Shown: one piece after another, positions 42,130-52,153 of the stretch
How the letters are laid out: each line of letters begins with the position of its first letter
Position numbering within the stretch: position 1 is the stretch's first letter
DNA from: an uncultured bacterium
GTDB taxonomy: Bacteria > Babelota > Babeliae > Babelales > Babelaceae
Reading direction: 5' to 3'
DNA length: 64,000 nt
Assembly (NCBI GenBank): GCA_963713855.1
Contig: OY970209.1
Coordinates: 1,440,001 to 1,504,000, forward strand
The notes under the pieces: generated by a model
Told to the model about the DNA's origin: nothing
The model's database searches: none
Seen by the model: the letters and a program-made list of their open reading frames with translations, nothing else
Program-made: the position numbers and the translations under genes

Positions 42130-42795
42130 ATGGCTAGAATTGTAAAAAAGCCCACCGAACGAAGATCAGATATTGTGAATGCTGCTCGCTGCCTGTTACT
42201 GACAAAGGCATATGACAAAACAACCATGCAGGATGTAATGGACTATTTAGGTATTGCTAAAGGAACTATTTATCACTACTTTGAATCTAAGGAAGCACTT
42301 TTGGAAGCTGTCATAGCAAGCATCGTTGATACGCATATCGAACAAATGCAGGCCCTGATCAATGAGGCAACTGGAAATGCCTTAGTAAAAATTAAGATTC
42401 TGGTAGAAGCGAGCAATATGGCCAAAGATAACAACGTCATTTTTGATCATCTTCATCGGCCAGGCAGTCATGCCATACATATAAGTCTCCTTGCAGCAAC
42501 TTTGGTAAAATTGGCTCCCTTATATGAAAAACTGATTCAACAGGGCTGCGAAGAAGGCCTTTTTCAGACAGATACCCCGCTTGAATGCGCTGAGTTTATT
42601 CTTTCTGCTATTCAGTTTCTAACTGATGTGGGGATTTACCACTGGACACAAAAAGATTTAAGTCGTAGAGCACACGCTTTCCCCAAATTAATAGAGCAGC
42701 ATTTGAGAGCGCCGCCAGGTTCATTTTACTTTATGGCGACGCATATTAAACCCGCCGCTAAAAGTGATTTACAGCATACTTTAGTTGAAAGGTAA
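42130..42795 (+). CDS. TetR-family regulator
   Basis: YDKTTMQDVM..LGIAKGTIYHYFESKEALL. Confidence 0.93.
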   Translation: MARIVKKPTERRSDIVNAARCLLLTKAYDKTTMQDVMDYLGIAKGTIYHYFESKEALLEAVIASIVDTHIEQMQALINEATGNALVKIKILVEASNMAKDNNVIFDHLHRPGSHAIHISLLAATLVKLAPLYEKLIQQGCEEGLFQTDTPLECAEFILSAIQFLTDVGIYHWTQKDLSRRAHAFPKLIEQHLRAPPGSFYFMATHIKPAAKSDLQHTLVER

Positions 42796-42801
42796 TCTAT
42801 C

Positions 42802-44018
42802 GTGTCAAATTTTGCTGTTGATATACATGAATTATATAAATCATATGGGATTTTCATGTATTAAAAGGCGTTAACATGCACGTAGAGTCTGGTACAATCT
42901 TTGCGTTACTTGGCCCAAATGGGGCGGGAAAAACAACAATGCTGCGTATTTTAATGACACTTTTAAAGCCTGATTCAGGTTCTATCTTAATAAATGGTAT
43001 TGATACAATTAAACATCCAAATCAGGTTAAACAGGTAATAGGAATAGTTGGTCAGTGTGCATCAGTTGATGGCCAATTAACTGGTTTAGAAAATCTGCGA
43101 ATGATCGATAGGTTGCATCATTTAAGCATAGAAGAGGCTAATAATAATGCACATAGACCAACATCAGATGATGTATTTAAGACCCTGACAAAAGCAAATG
43201 GAAGGGTAATTATGACTGTGTATAGAAACTCTATCAAAAAATTAAGCTGGTTCTTAAGTGATGCATTTGTACTTGCTAAGCGAAATTTATTACATATATC
43301 ATGTGATCCTGATCAAATCTCTGGGTTACTCGTTTTACCAATTATGTACACCCTATTATTTCGTTATTTGTTTGGCGGAGCTATAGATAAGATGACATTC
43401 GCTGATGTGGGGACTGGAGATTATATTACTTATATTATGGCTCGGGCGTTTGTTATAAATATTTTATTTGCCTCAATAATCACCTGTGTAGGAGTTGCAA
43501 ATGATTTGACAAAGGGTGTTGTAGATCGCTTTCGCTCACTACCAATTAGCCCGTCATCGGTGATTTTGAGTTATCTTCTTGCCAGTGGTCAGTCAATGAT
43601 TATTATTGCAATAATGACTATTCTGGGACTCATTATGGGATTTCAGCCAACGACGATTCCAATCAAATGGTTAAGTGCTTTGGAAATGTTAGTACTTATG
43701 ACATTAGCAATCTCATGCCTTATGATATTGATTGGTGTATCATCTAAAAATGTTGAATCAGCACAACAATTTGGCGGTCTACTCGTTTTGTCATTATCAA
43801 TGATTAGCTCTGCTCTTGTTCCAACCCAGACAATGCCATCTTTTTTACGTATAATTGCACAAAATCAACCATTTACTCATGCAATTGAAGCAATACGTTC
43901 ATTGCTTTCTGGAACCGATATTGGTAATCATCTTTTTATGTCTTTGATCTGGTTTATAGGTATTATCATCATTACTTTCACCTTGAGCACATATTTATTT
44001 TCTAGCTCGAGTGAATGA
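42802..44018 (+). pseudogene. DrrAB-like ABC exporter: internally deleted ATPase running into ABC-2 permease
   Basis: Walker A GPNGAGKTT without signature or Walker B, jumping to the RPT..DDVF C-terminal motif; frameshift near 42850; six-TM permease follows. Confidence 0.78.
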
Positions 44019-44040
44019 GAACCGGATAAAGGGCTATGAA

Positions 44041-46356
44041 ATGTGGATATCAATACTAAAAAAAGATTTTCTCAAAAACAAAGGCATCACTTCAGCATTA
44101 GTCATTTTCATCTCAGTATCAGCATTACTTATTGCTTGTGGAACAAGCATGATCTCTGAATTATATAATTCTTTAAACTACCTATTTGCTAAATCTAATG
44201 TTCCTCATTTTCTTGTAAAGCATTCTGGAAAAATCAATCAAGCAGAGATTGAGCAGTGGTCATTGAATAATAGTCTAGTAAAGAACGAACAGACAACTGA
44301 GATGCTTAGTATCGATAGATCAAACATTTATTTAGGCTATAGCAACAGGTCTGAGTATGATAGCGTAATGAACATTGATTTTGTTAAGCAGAATTCTTCT
44401 ATGGATATACTGCTTAACAAAAAAGGGCAAGTCATTCGGTTATCAAAAGGGGAAGTTGCAGTTCCACTCTATTATATGCAATTAAAAAACATGAAAATTG
44501 GCGACAGGGTTAGAGTTGCCAATAAAGATTTTGATATGAGTTTTACTGTTGTTGATTTCGTTCGAGATGCTTTGATGAACCCATCATTAGTGCATTCAAA
44601 GCGCTTCGTAGTAAATGATGATGATTTTGAAATCCTTAAAAAGAATATTGGAGAAATTGAATACTTTATCGAATTTCGCCTTGCTGATATAAGTAAGCTA
44701 AATGAATTTAGAAATGCATATCAGGCATCCAATTTGCCCCAAAATGGACCAATGCTTGATTTTAACTTGATAAAACTTTTAAATGCTTTATCAGATGGTC
44801 TTGTGGCTGCAATAATATTGCTGATAAGTATATTGCTTACTATTATTGCTGTTCTTTGCTTTAGATTTACTATTCTTACGACTCTCCAAGAGGATTATAA
44901 AGAAATTGGCGTAATGAAAGCAATTGGCATTTTGCAACAGGATATCCAAAGAATATATCTGGCCAAATATATCTTAATAGCTGCTATAGGTACAGTGCTT
45001 GGATATTTGGCCTCTTTATTTTTTAATCAGCTGTTTATGGAGAATATCATTATCTATTTAGGGATTGCGCCAAAAACTATTTTAAACCACGTAAGTCCTT
45101 TGATTGCAGTTATCATAATATTCTTGATAATAATATCCTCTTGTGGGGTGGTACTTCGAAAAATAAATAAAATATCACCCATAGAAGCCTTGCGTGGTGG
45201 AATTATCGGGGAAGCACAGAAACTCAAAAGTAATATGTCTCTGTACAAGAATAGATTATTACCTGTTGATATTTTTCTGGGAGCACAAGATGTATATCAA
45301 CGATTAAGAAGCTATATGGTTTTACTCCTAATTTTTTTCTTTTGCTCATTTATGATCATTGTTCCTATAAATTTTCTTAATACTATTAAATCGCCTAATT
45401 TTATTACATACATGGGGATAGGCCGTTGTGATATCAGAATAGATTTGCAACGGACAGATAACATTCCTGAAAGATTTAATAATCTGATTACATATCTCAA
45501 AAATGACCCGGATGTTGCACAGTTTTCCCCGTTAGTTACCAGTCGGATTAAGACGATAAATGATGGTGTCCAGCAAAATATTAATGTTGAAACAGGGAAT
45601 TTTTCGGGATTTCCACTAGAGTATTTGGCAGGCTCAGCTCCAAAGCATATTAATGAAATTGCTCTTTCCGTTCTTAACAGTAAAGAATTTAGAAAGCACG
45701 TTGGAGATAGCTTGCGATTAATAATCGATAAACAAGAAAAAAACATGAAGATTACCGGTATTTATCAGGATATAACTAATGGTGGGCTAACAGCAAAAGC
45801 GGTATTGCCATTTAATCATGAAACAGCGTTATGGTATATAATTAACGTAAATGTAAAACAGGGCGTTAACGTACAAAAAAAAATTGATGAGTATGCAAAA
45901 ATTGCTAATCCAGCCAGGATTAGTGACTTGGCAAAATATCTATCTCAAACCTTAGGGAATACTATCAACCAATTAACGCTTTTCACAATCTCTGCTATCC
46001 TCATCGCCCTGTTTATTTCACTATTAATTACCTATTTATTTCTAAAATTGATACTTGCAAATGAATCCTCTCAAATAGCTATTATGAGAGCTATTGGTTT
46101 TACATTAAACGATATTCGACTGCAATATGTAACGAGAGTATTGCTAGTGCTTGTCCTTGGAATAATTTTCGGGACAATTATTGCTAACACAGTTGGTCAA
46201 AGCATAATTAATTTATTGTGGTCATTTTTAGGTGCTTCGAAGGTTAAATTCGTTGTATTTCCTATACAGACTTATGTTATTATCCCTCTCGTAGTAATGT
46301 TTGTTGTAGCTATTACTGCATTAATGAGCATGTTGTCCATACATAAAGCTAAATAA
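44041..46356 (+). CDS. FtsX/MacB-like ABC permease
   Basis: Two FtsX halves: EDYKEIGVMKAIG and ESSQIAIMRAIGF. Confidence 0.9.
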   Translation: MWISILKKDFLKNKGITSALVIFISVSALLIACGTSMISELYNSLNYLFAKSNVPHFLVKHSGKINQAEIEQWSLNNSLVKNEQTTEMLSIDRSNIYLGYSNRSEYDSVMNIDFVKQNSSMDILLNKKGQVIRLSKGEVAVPLYYMQLKNMKIGDRVRVANKDFDMSFTVVDFVRDALMNPSLVHSKRFVVNDDDFEILKKNIGEIEYFIEFRLADISKLNEFRNAYQASNLPQNGPMLDFNLIKLLNALSDGLVAAIILLISILLTIIAVLCFRFTILTTLQEDYKEIGVMKAIGILQQDIQRIYLAKYILIAAIGTVLGYLASLFFNQLFMENIIIYLGIAPKTILNHVSPLIAVIIIFLIIISSCGVVLRKINKISPIEALRGGIIGEAQKLKSNMSLYKNRLLPVDIFLGAQDVYQRLRSYMVLLLIFFFCSFMIIVPINFLNTIKSPNFITYMGIGRCDIRIDLQRTDNIPERFNNLITYLKNDPDVAQFSPLVTSRIKTINDGVQQNINVETGNFSGFPLEYLAGSAPKHINEIALSVLNSKEFRKHVGDSLRLIIDKQEKNMKITGIYQDITNGGLTAKAVLPFNHETALWYIINVNVKQGVNVQKKIDEYAKIANPARISDLAKYLSQTLGNTINQLTLFTISAILIALFISLLITYLFLKLILANESSQIAIMRAIGFTLNDIRLQYVTRVLLVLVLGIIFGTIIANTVGQSIINLLWSFLGASKVKFVVFPIQTYVIIPLVVMFVVAITALMSMLSIHKAK

Positions 46357-46389
46357 TTGAAGTAATTCAGGAGTAATAGGATAATTTTT

Positions 46390-47154
46390 ATGGAAAACAT
46401 ATTAGAAGCTAAAGCATTAAATAAATCTTACATTATAAATAACAAACACTATGACGTCCTCAAAGATATAAATTTGTACATTAAAAAAGGTGAATTTATA
46501 TCGGTGATGGGTCGCTCTGGTTCTGGAAAATCTACATTACTTTACACAGTCAGTGGCATGGATAGAATGACATCCGGCAGCGTAATCTTTAATGGGCAAG
46601 ATCTATCACGGCTTGCAGAAAAAGAACTTTCTAAGATACGCCTTAATAAAATGGGATTTATATTTCAGCAGTTTAATCTTTTAAAAAATCTTTCTATTTT
46701 TGATAATATTATCCTTACAGCTTACTTGAGGCGAAAAGTAAATCGCACAGAGATTAATAACCGCGCTCTTGAATTGATGAAAAAAACAGGTATTGAAGAA
46801 CTTGCCGATAATGACATTACCCAGGCTTCAGGTGGTCAGCTACAACGAGTAGGAATTTGTCGGGCTCTTATCAATAATCCTGAGATTATTTTTGCAGACG
46901 AACCTACGGGGGCGTTGAATTCAACGGCTGCAGATGGAATCATGGAAATTTTAACCGAGATCAACTCGTCTGGGACGACAATTTTATTGGTGACACATGA
47001 TCTTAAAGTCGCATCGAAAACAGAGCGAGTTCTTTTTGTGTTGGACGGCAACATTGTTGCCGAACAAAAGCTTGGCAAATACATAAAAGAAAATATTGAT
47101 GTTAAAGTGAGAGAAGAAAAACTATCAAAATGGTTAATAGAACTGGGCTTTTAA
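46390..47154 (+). CDS. LolD-like ABC ATPase
   Basis: GRSGSGKST, SGGQLQRV, FADEPTGALN, VTHD. Confidence 0.95.
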   Translation: MENILEAKALNKSYIINNKHYDVLKDINLYIKKGEFISVMGRSGSGKSTLLYTVSGMDRMTSGSVIFNGQDLSRLAEKELSKIRLNKMGFIFQQFNLLKNLSIFDNIILTAYLRRKVNRTEINNRALELMKKTGIEELADNDITQASGGQLQRVGICRALINNPEIIFADEPTGALNSTAADGIMEILTEINSSGTTILLVTHDLKVASKTERVLFVLDGNIVAEQKLGKYIKENIDVKVREEKLSKWLIELGF

Positions 47155-47289
47155 TGTGGCTTAAAAACATTGAGATTTCTTATTTTTCATAAAAATAAGA
47201 AGGATTTTGTTATTCTTATGTAACTTATGGAGATAGCGTGGTTCATCGCAAATTACAGCCTATTTTGCCCACGGGATACGAGCTCCGTG

Positions 47290-47828
47290 ATGAAGCTCAT
47301 AGTAATATACGATTCTTGCGTTCTTTATCCAGCACCATTGAGGGATCTTCTTATGCGCCTTGCACTTACGGACCTTTATCAGGCAAAGTGGACCCACAAG
47401 ATTCATGAAGAATGGATTTATAACCTTTTAAAAAAGCGCCCTGATCTAACGGAAGAACGACAAAAGAAAACATGAACCTGTACGTTAGAGATTGTCTAGT
47501 TAGAAGGCTATGAGAAATTAATCGATAAGCTAACATTACCTGATCCATGCGATCGGCACATTTTAGCCGCAGCCATCGATACGAAAGCGCATTTAATTAT
47601 CACTTTTAATCTGCGAGACTGTTCCCCTTAATATTACGGCTCATTATGGGGTCCAAGCGATATATCCTGATGTGTTTCTTGCATCCTTGCTAAGTAAAGA
47701 TATAGATACAGTTATCCAAACAATGCGAGAAACAAGGCTCAGTTTAAAGAAGACAGCAAAAAATCCTGAATACTTAGCTACTTCCTAAAACTGTTGCTTA
47801 TGTGCGCAAATACATAAACTTCATTTAA
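47290..47828 (+). pseudogene. PIN-domain toxin, multiple frameshifts
   Basis: YDSCVLYPAPLRDLLMRLA..W...IHEEW; later frames give LVxGYE, LPDP.DRHILAAAI, IITFNLRD, PDVFL. Confidence 0.82.
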
Positions 47829-47880
47829 TGACGCAATGCCTTAATAGGATAATATTGCATAATCAGGCTCGCTAAATGAT

Positions 47881-47934
47881 GCCAGTTCATTAAGGTGGTG
47901 GCGGTACCTAGTTGACGCATTCAGGAATGAAAAA
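47881..47934 (+). repeat. R9: hairpin + right arm
   Basis: GCCA-gttcattaaggtgg-TGGC GGTACCTAGTTGACGCATTCAGGAATGAAAAA. Confidence 0.88.
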
Positions 47935-48008
47935 GTACGCTTACCTATTTTTCATAAACACAACACAATAGGCAAAAATATTTTATTTAGCATAGTTTCT
48001 AAACAAAC

Positions 48009-50285
48009 TTAACGCCCCAACCAATATCCTAGCTTTGTAATGATTTTGTATACCTTACTTAGAGATGACATGCTTTCTCTGTAAAGAGATTCTTGCTGAC
48101 GAATCCACTTAAAATCAAGCTGTTTTAATGACCATATATGAGGGCTTTTTGCAGTCTCATCTAGAAGTAGATTATAGCAACAAAGAGCTTCTTGCTCATG
48201 ATAGTTTGATAACGTGCTAGAAACTTCTTGTGCTTCAAATTCATCAAGGTGAAAGTTAAGCTGCTTAATTAATTCCCTTATTGTAAGCATAGTAATATGA
48301 GTATCATTATAATATTCATACCAGGCTGCATAATAAGTTTCCTGCATCCAAAGAAAATTAATCTCGGCAAAGGAAACTGCTGGAGATTGACCCAAAAGCT
48401 CTCTAAGCAGATTGTAATTATAAAGAGCTTGTAATTCATAATCAGCAGGCTTAGAGATAACACGCTCCATTTCGCGTTGAGCAATATAGTAAAAGTGCTT
48501 TATAGATGAAAAAAGCATATTTACTTGCGCGTAAAGAGTTGTTAATCCCTCTCTCTGCCAGCTGGCCTCAACATGCATTTTCCACTGTTTGAAAGATTCT
48601 GTTGTTGCATCTTGTTGCCATATTTGCTGCGCTTTTGAAAAAACTTCATTATTGACAGCATCTTTAGATGATGCAGCAAAAGCGATGCTTGGTTTGTGTG
48701 CTTGAATGTCTTTCTTTGAATACCATTCATCAAATGCTTGATTAATATCTAGACCCTTATCCACCAAGAAACCTATCATATAGAGTGCTCTCTCAAAGTT
48801 TGAAGGATGCTCATCTTCATTGCCATACGCAGTGATATAATTTGATAAAGCATAAAGTTCAATAGTTGCTAAAATAGGATCTAACTTGCCAAGCTTCAGA
48901 AGCTTATCACATGCAAAGAGGTCTGCTTGCTGCTCATACTCTCGCGCAAGAGTTGTTTTCTTGTATTCGTAATCATTCAGAGGAAGCACCCATAATGGCA
49001 ACATACTTGATACTATACTGTTAATAGTTTTTCCCAAGCGTGTTTTATTGGTAAAAGCTTTTTTTCCTATATTGATAAATTTGCTAATCTTCTCTCTCCC
49101 TTGGATAAAATCATCGCTGGATAGCAGTAAATCAATTTCTTCTAGAGAAATAGTGTTATTCCGCATTTCAGGAGTTTTATCATGCTTAAGCATGATGTGT
49201 CCGAGTTCATGGTAAAATACTTTATATTGGTGATTATGCTCATTCGCCAATCCTAAAACAATATAAAAGTTTATTCCATTACCATAGGCATTTGTTCCGC
49301 CTTTCCCTTTACGTACAGCTAAAACAATACTATCATCTAGATGAAATGCTTCTCGTGCTTCTGTCAAAATATTTTCTAAAATATCTGGTGCTAATTCATA
49401 ATGATATTTTTCAAGAAATTCGTTAAGTAAAGCTTCTTTTCTTATACTTTCAATCCAAGGGTAATCTATTTCGGTAATGGTTTTAGCATTGTCCAAATGT
49501 AACATTTCTCGCAACAAATTATAGCAATAAAGAAATCTCTTTTTAAAAAAAAGATTGTTTGAATCCGCTCTAAATTCTTTTAAAGCATTTTCTATTTTTA
49601 TTAAAATATCAACTATCTTGCAAGCAAATGACTCTATTTTTCTTTTTTTCCACTCCTGCTTGATTTCGTCATTCCATGTTACATAGACATGATCGTAAAG
49701 CCAATCGCTATCTATAGTGCTTAAAAAAGTTCGACCAAGCGGAAATTCACTTAGTTCGTTTAGAAGATTATAATTAAAAAGAGCTTGTCGTTTATGGGCA
49801 CCTATGGGTTCATTATTAGAGTTTAAAAAATGATTAAGTGACGTTACCAATTTGTTTTTTTGCTCTTTTTTAGTATCTATCCCTTGTTTTTCCCATATCT
49901 GTTTTTTCTCTTCTTTCCATAGAGGGTATACACAGTCATTAATCCACGTATCATCTATTTGATCTAAGGTGTGTATTAAAGGAAAAGATAAACTTTCTCT
50001 TAAGAAGTTGTATGTTACTAGCACCGCTCCTTGATAAAAGCTATTATTAAGATTTTGCCGTAGAGCGCTTAAATCGTGATCAAAGCGGTAAATCAAGTCC
50101 AGAATACGGTCTTCAGGTGGCTGCTTTGACCAAAAATACTCTAGAGCTTGTTTCCAGTCACTGTAAGAAAATTTTGATGTCTCTGTATATGGTATTGTGT
50201 TTTCTGCTTTTAAGAAAGAGGGTAACGTATATAAGCCAATGGAAAACAAAAGCGCTATTCCAACTATAAATTCCTTATAATTCAC
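48009..50285 (-). CDS. Exported M48-like zinc metalloprotease flanked by five YNxLRE repeats
   Basis: YHELGHIML, YEQQADLFA, EHPSNFERALY; paralog of 35159-36400. Confidence 0.82.
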   Translation of the reverse strand: MNYKEFIVGIALLFSIGLYTLPSFLKAENTIPYTETSKFSYSDWKQALEYFWSKQPPEDRILDLIYRFDHDLSALRQNLNNSFYQGAVLVTYNFLRESLSFPLIHTLDQIDDTWINDCVYPLWKEEKKQIWEKQGIDTKKEQKNKLVTSLNHFLNSNNEPIGAHKRQALFNYNLLNELSEFPLGRTFLSTIDSDWLYDHVYVTWNDEIKQEWKKRKIESFACKIVDILIKIENALKEFRADSNNLFFKKRFLYCYNLLREMLHLDNAKTITEIDYPWIESIRKEALLNEFLEKYHYELAPDILENILTEAREAFHLDDSIVLAVRKGKGGTNAYGNGINFYIVLGLANEHNHQYKVFYHELGHIMLKHDKTPEMRNNTISLEEIDLLLSSDDFIQGREKISKFINIGKKAFTNKTRLGKTINSIVSSMLPLWVLPLNDYEYKKTTLAREYEQQADLFACDKLLKLGKLDPILATIELYALSNYITAYGNEDEHPSNFERALYMIGFLVDKGLDINQAFDEWYSKKDIQAHKPSIAFAASSKDAVNNEVFSKAQQIWQQDATTESFKQWKMHVEASWQREGLTTLYAQVNMLFSSIKHFYYIAQREMERVISKPADYELQALYNYNLLRELLGQSPAVSFAEINFLWMQETYYAAWYEYYNDTHITMLTIRELIKQLNFHLDEFEAQEVSSTLSNYHEQEALCCYNLLLDETAKSPHIWSLKQLDFKWIRQQESLYRESMSSLSKVYKIITKLGYWLGR

Positions 50286-50431
50286 TTTTTATCTCCATAA
50301 AGAATTACATTCTTTATTATACCATCAAAAATAAAAACCTGGAATCAAGAATTAGCAAAGCTTTTGTCAATCTATACACTGGAGTTTCATACACAATAAT
50401 TTGAACTCGTAATTTAAGGATAAATCCTAAT

Positions 50432-50476
50432 ACAGCTTGATCTTAAGAACTGGCAGTACAAGGCGACGCTATTCAG
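50432..50476 (+). repeat. R10: degenerate copy
   Basis: ACAGC-ttgatcttaaga-ACTGG CAGTACAAGGCGACGCTATTCAG. Confidence 0.6.
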
Positions 50477-50678
50477 TTTTCTTTAGCGCTTTGAGATTTA
50501 TGTAATCATGTATTAATGTTTCAGTTAATTTCTGCTTTTTATATAAGCAATATTCAAGGCTATCTGCAATTGTTGACAATATATTACTTAGGCATCCAAG
50601 CTCGCTTTCTATGCTTGCTTCACGATAATATAAGTATATCCCATGACGATTTTTGATTATTTCTACAGGTTCGTTCAT
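50469..50678 (-). CDS. Small hypothetical protein (69 aa), sole content of a 270-bp cassette
   Basis: ATG at 50678 with AGAGGAG RBS; lies between R10 and R11. Confidence 0.55.
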   Translation of the reverse strand: MNEPVEIIKNRHGIYLYYREASIESELGCLSNILSTIADSLEYCLYKKQKLTETLIHDYINLKALKKTE

Positions 50679-50703
50679 TAACTTGCTCCTCTTATTTAGC
50701 AAT

Positions 50704-50756
50704 GCCAGCCTTTTAAGCGCTAGCGGCATCTGGTTGACGCATTCAGGAACAGAGTG
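50704..50756 (+). repeat. R11: hairpin + right arm; left end of the recombinase-bearing element (TG mutated to TA)
   Basis: GCCAGC-cttttaagc-GCTAGC GGCATCTGGTTGACGCATTCAGGAACAGAGTG. Confidence 0.85.
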
Positions 50757-50833
50757 ATTGAGCCAGAATTACAAAAGGCACCATTTCTCATACATTAGAT
50801 TGCTGATGCTCAACTTAAATTTAAGACTTAATA

Positions 50834-51637
50834 TCATAACTCCAACACAGTGGGCACGTCGATCTCTTTAAAGATTATAAAAATACGCTCAAAGCCTTTT
50901 TTTATATGACTATCAATAGCTCTAAGTCTTTTAATTGCCTCTCTATAACTAGACCTGTCAAAGCCTGTTCCACTAGTTATTATTAACCACATAGCTATTG
51001 TGGTATCGTTTACAATAGATCGCAGTTCCTTTGTGCGCTTTAATTCCTTCTTTTCAATCAAGCTCCTTAAATGTTCTGGATCTTCTGGTCCATTTTTAAC
51101 TTGTATACGATTAATAAAAAATACTCTGTGCTGGCTAATCCCAGATAAGCTATAATACGGGAACTTAAAAATAAAAGTTTCGTTATACGTTAAAAATCGT
51201 GCTGAATCAATTGCTATTTCATTTATAAAACTCGAAAAGTCCTCCCTAGAAAGATATAATCTCCCGGCTTGAAAACATTTCTTTAAGTAATTCGATAATT
51301 TGTGGGCAAGAAAGTGGCCTCCTCTCCTTCCGATAATAAACTTACTAACGTTTATAAGCAGAGTATATTCATTAGGAACCCAAGCGGAAATCAACTGATT
51401 CAGCTGTTTAATTCGCTTTATATCATTATTGTCGTCTTCTCTCAACTGATTGTGTGAAATCTCAAGATAAACCTGTTTATTATCAATCATCGCAGAGAAA
51501 TCTGGAAATGTTTTAATTCCATTAGGCTCATACTTTTCCTCCTCTATAAGACTCCCTTCTTTATGATGCAAGTGGTTTTTAATGATTTCAAAAGCTTCAA
51601 ATTCTTTTACTTTCGCTTGCGTAAACATTTTCGACAT
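50834..51637 (-). CDS. Hypothetical protein with PD-(D/E)XK-like nuclease motif
   Basis: N-terminal E..A, then TFPDFSAMIDNKQVYLEIS. Confidence 0.55.
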   Translation of the reverse strand: MSKMFTQAKVKEFEAFEIIKNHLHHKEGSLIEEEKYEPNGIKTFPDFSAMIDNKQVYLEISHNQLREDDNNDIKRIKQLNQLISAWVPNEYTLLINVSKFIIGRRGGHFLAHKLSNYLKKCFQAGRLYLSREDFSSFINEIAIDSARFLTYNETFIFKFPYYSLSGISQHRVFFINRIQVKNGPEDPEHLRSLIEKKELKRTKELRSIVNDTTIAMWLIITSGTGFDRSSYREAIKRLRAIDSHIKKGFERIFIIFKEIDVPTVLEL

Positions 51638-51848
51638 CCTGTATTTTTATGTGCGCTCTAAAAATTACTTTCAATTTCGTAAAAAAGCATTATGGAATTT
51701 AGAAGCTTTCTTACTTAAGTATCAATCTATTTAAGAGTCTTTACTAAAACATGGCATATTTAATCTATGTAAAAGCTCTTAATTGTCCAACTAGCTGTTG
51801 GACTTTTCATACACAAGATGATAGATAGAAATAAAACGTTAATAAATC

Positions 51849-52153
51849 TTGCAATCACCATCAAGCATCCATATACTCATCTTTATCTAATAATCACTTC
51901 TTAATGAAGGGTAATCCAATGACTGTACTACTAAAATATAGCGCATATAAGCGTTTAGAAAGTACATTCACACTTGGCTTATATAACCCGCAAGATAGAC
52001 TTTGCTTGTTCGAACTACAAGCTTATTCGCATCAACCCGAATGTTAGCTTTCTCTTTAACCGCCAAAGCTTATATAAAACTTTTTTAATACTTAAATAAA
52101 GTCAATAGATGATCAGCACATATCTCTTGTAGTTAAGAGTCGTGAGGAAGACT
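51849..52153 (+). ncRNA. Promoter + conserved structured leader/ncRNA, copy B, upstream of the rep region
   Basis: TTGCAA-17-TATACT; homologous to 33459-33793. Confidence 0.6.

Noticed and set aside
30158..50756. Repeats as a CRISPR array
   Set aside because: Spacing is 0.27-7 kb with whole genes in between, and there are no cas genes.
52036..52065. Inverted att-like sequence in the leader (TGGCGG..CATTCGG on the minus strand) as a guide-RNA segment
   Set aside because: Spacing is 3 nt off and copy A has TGACGC there; not enough to claim RNA guidance.
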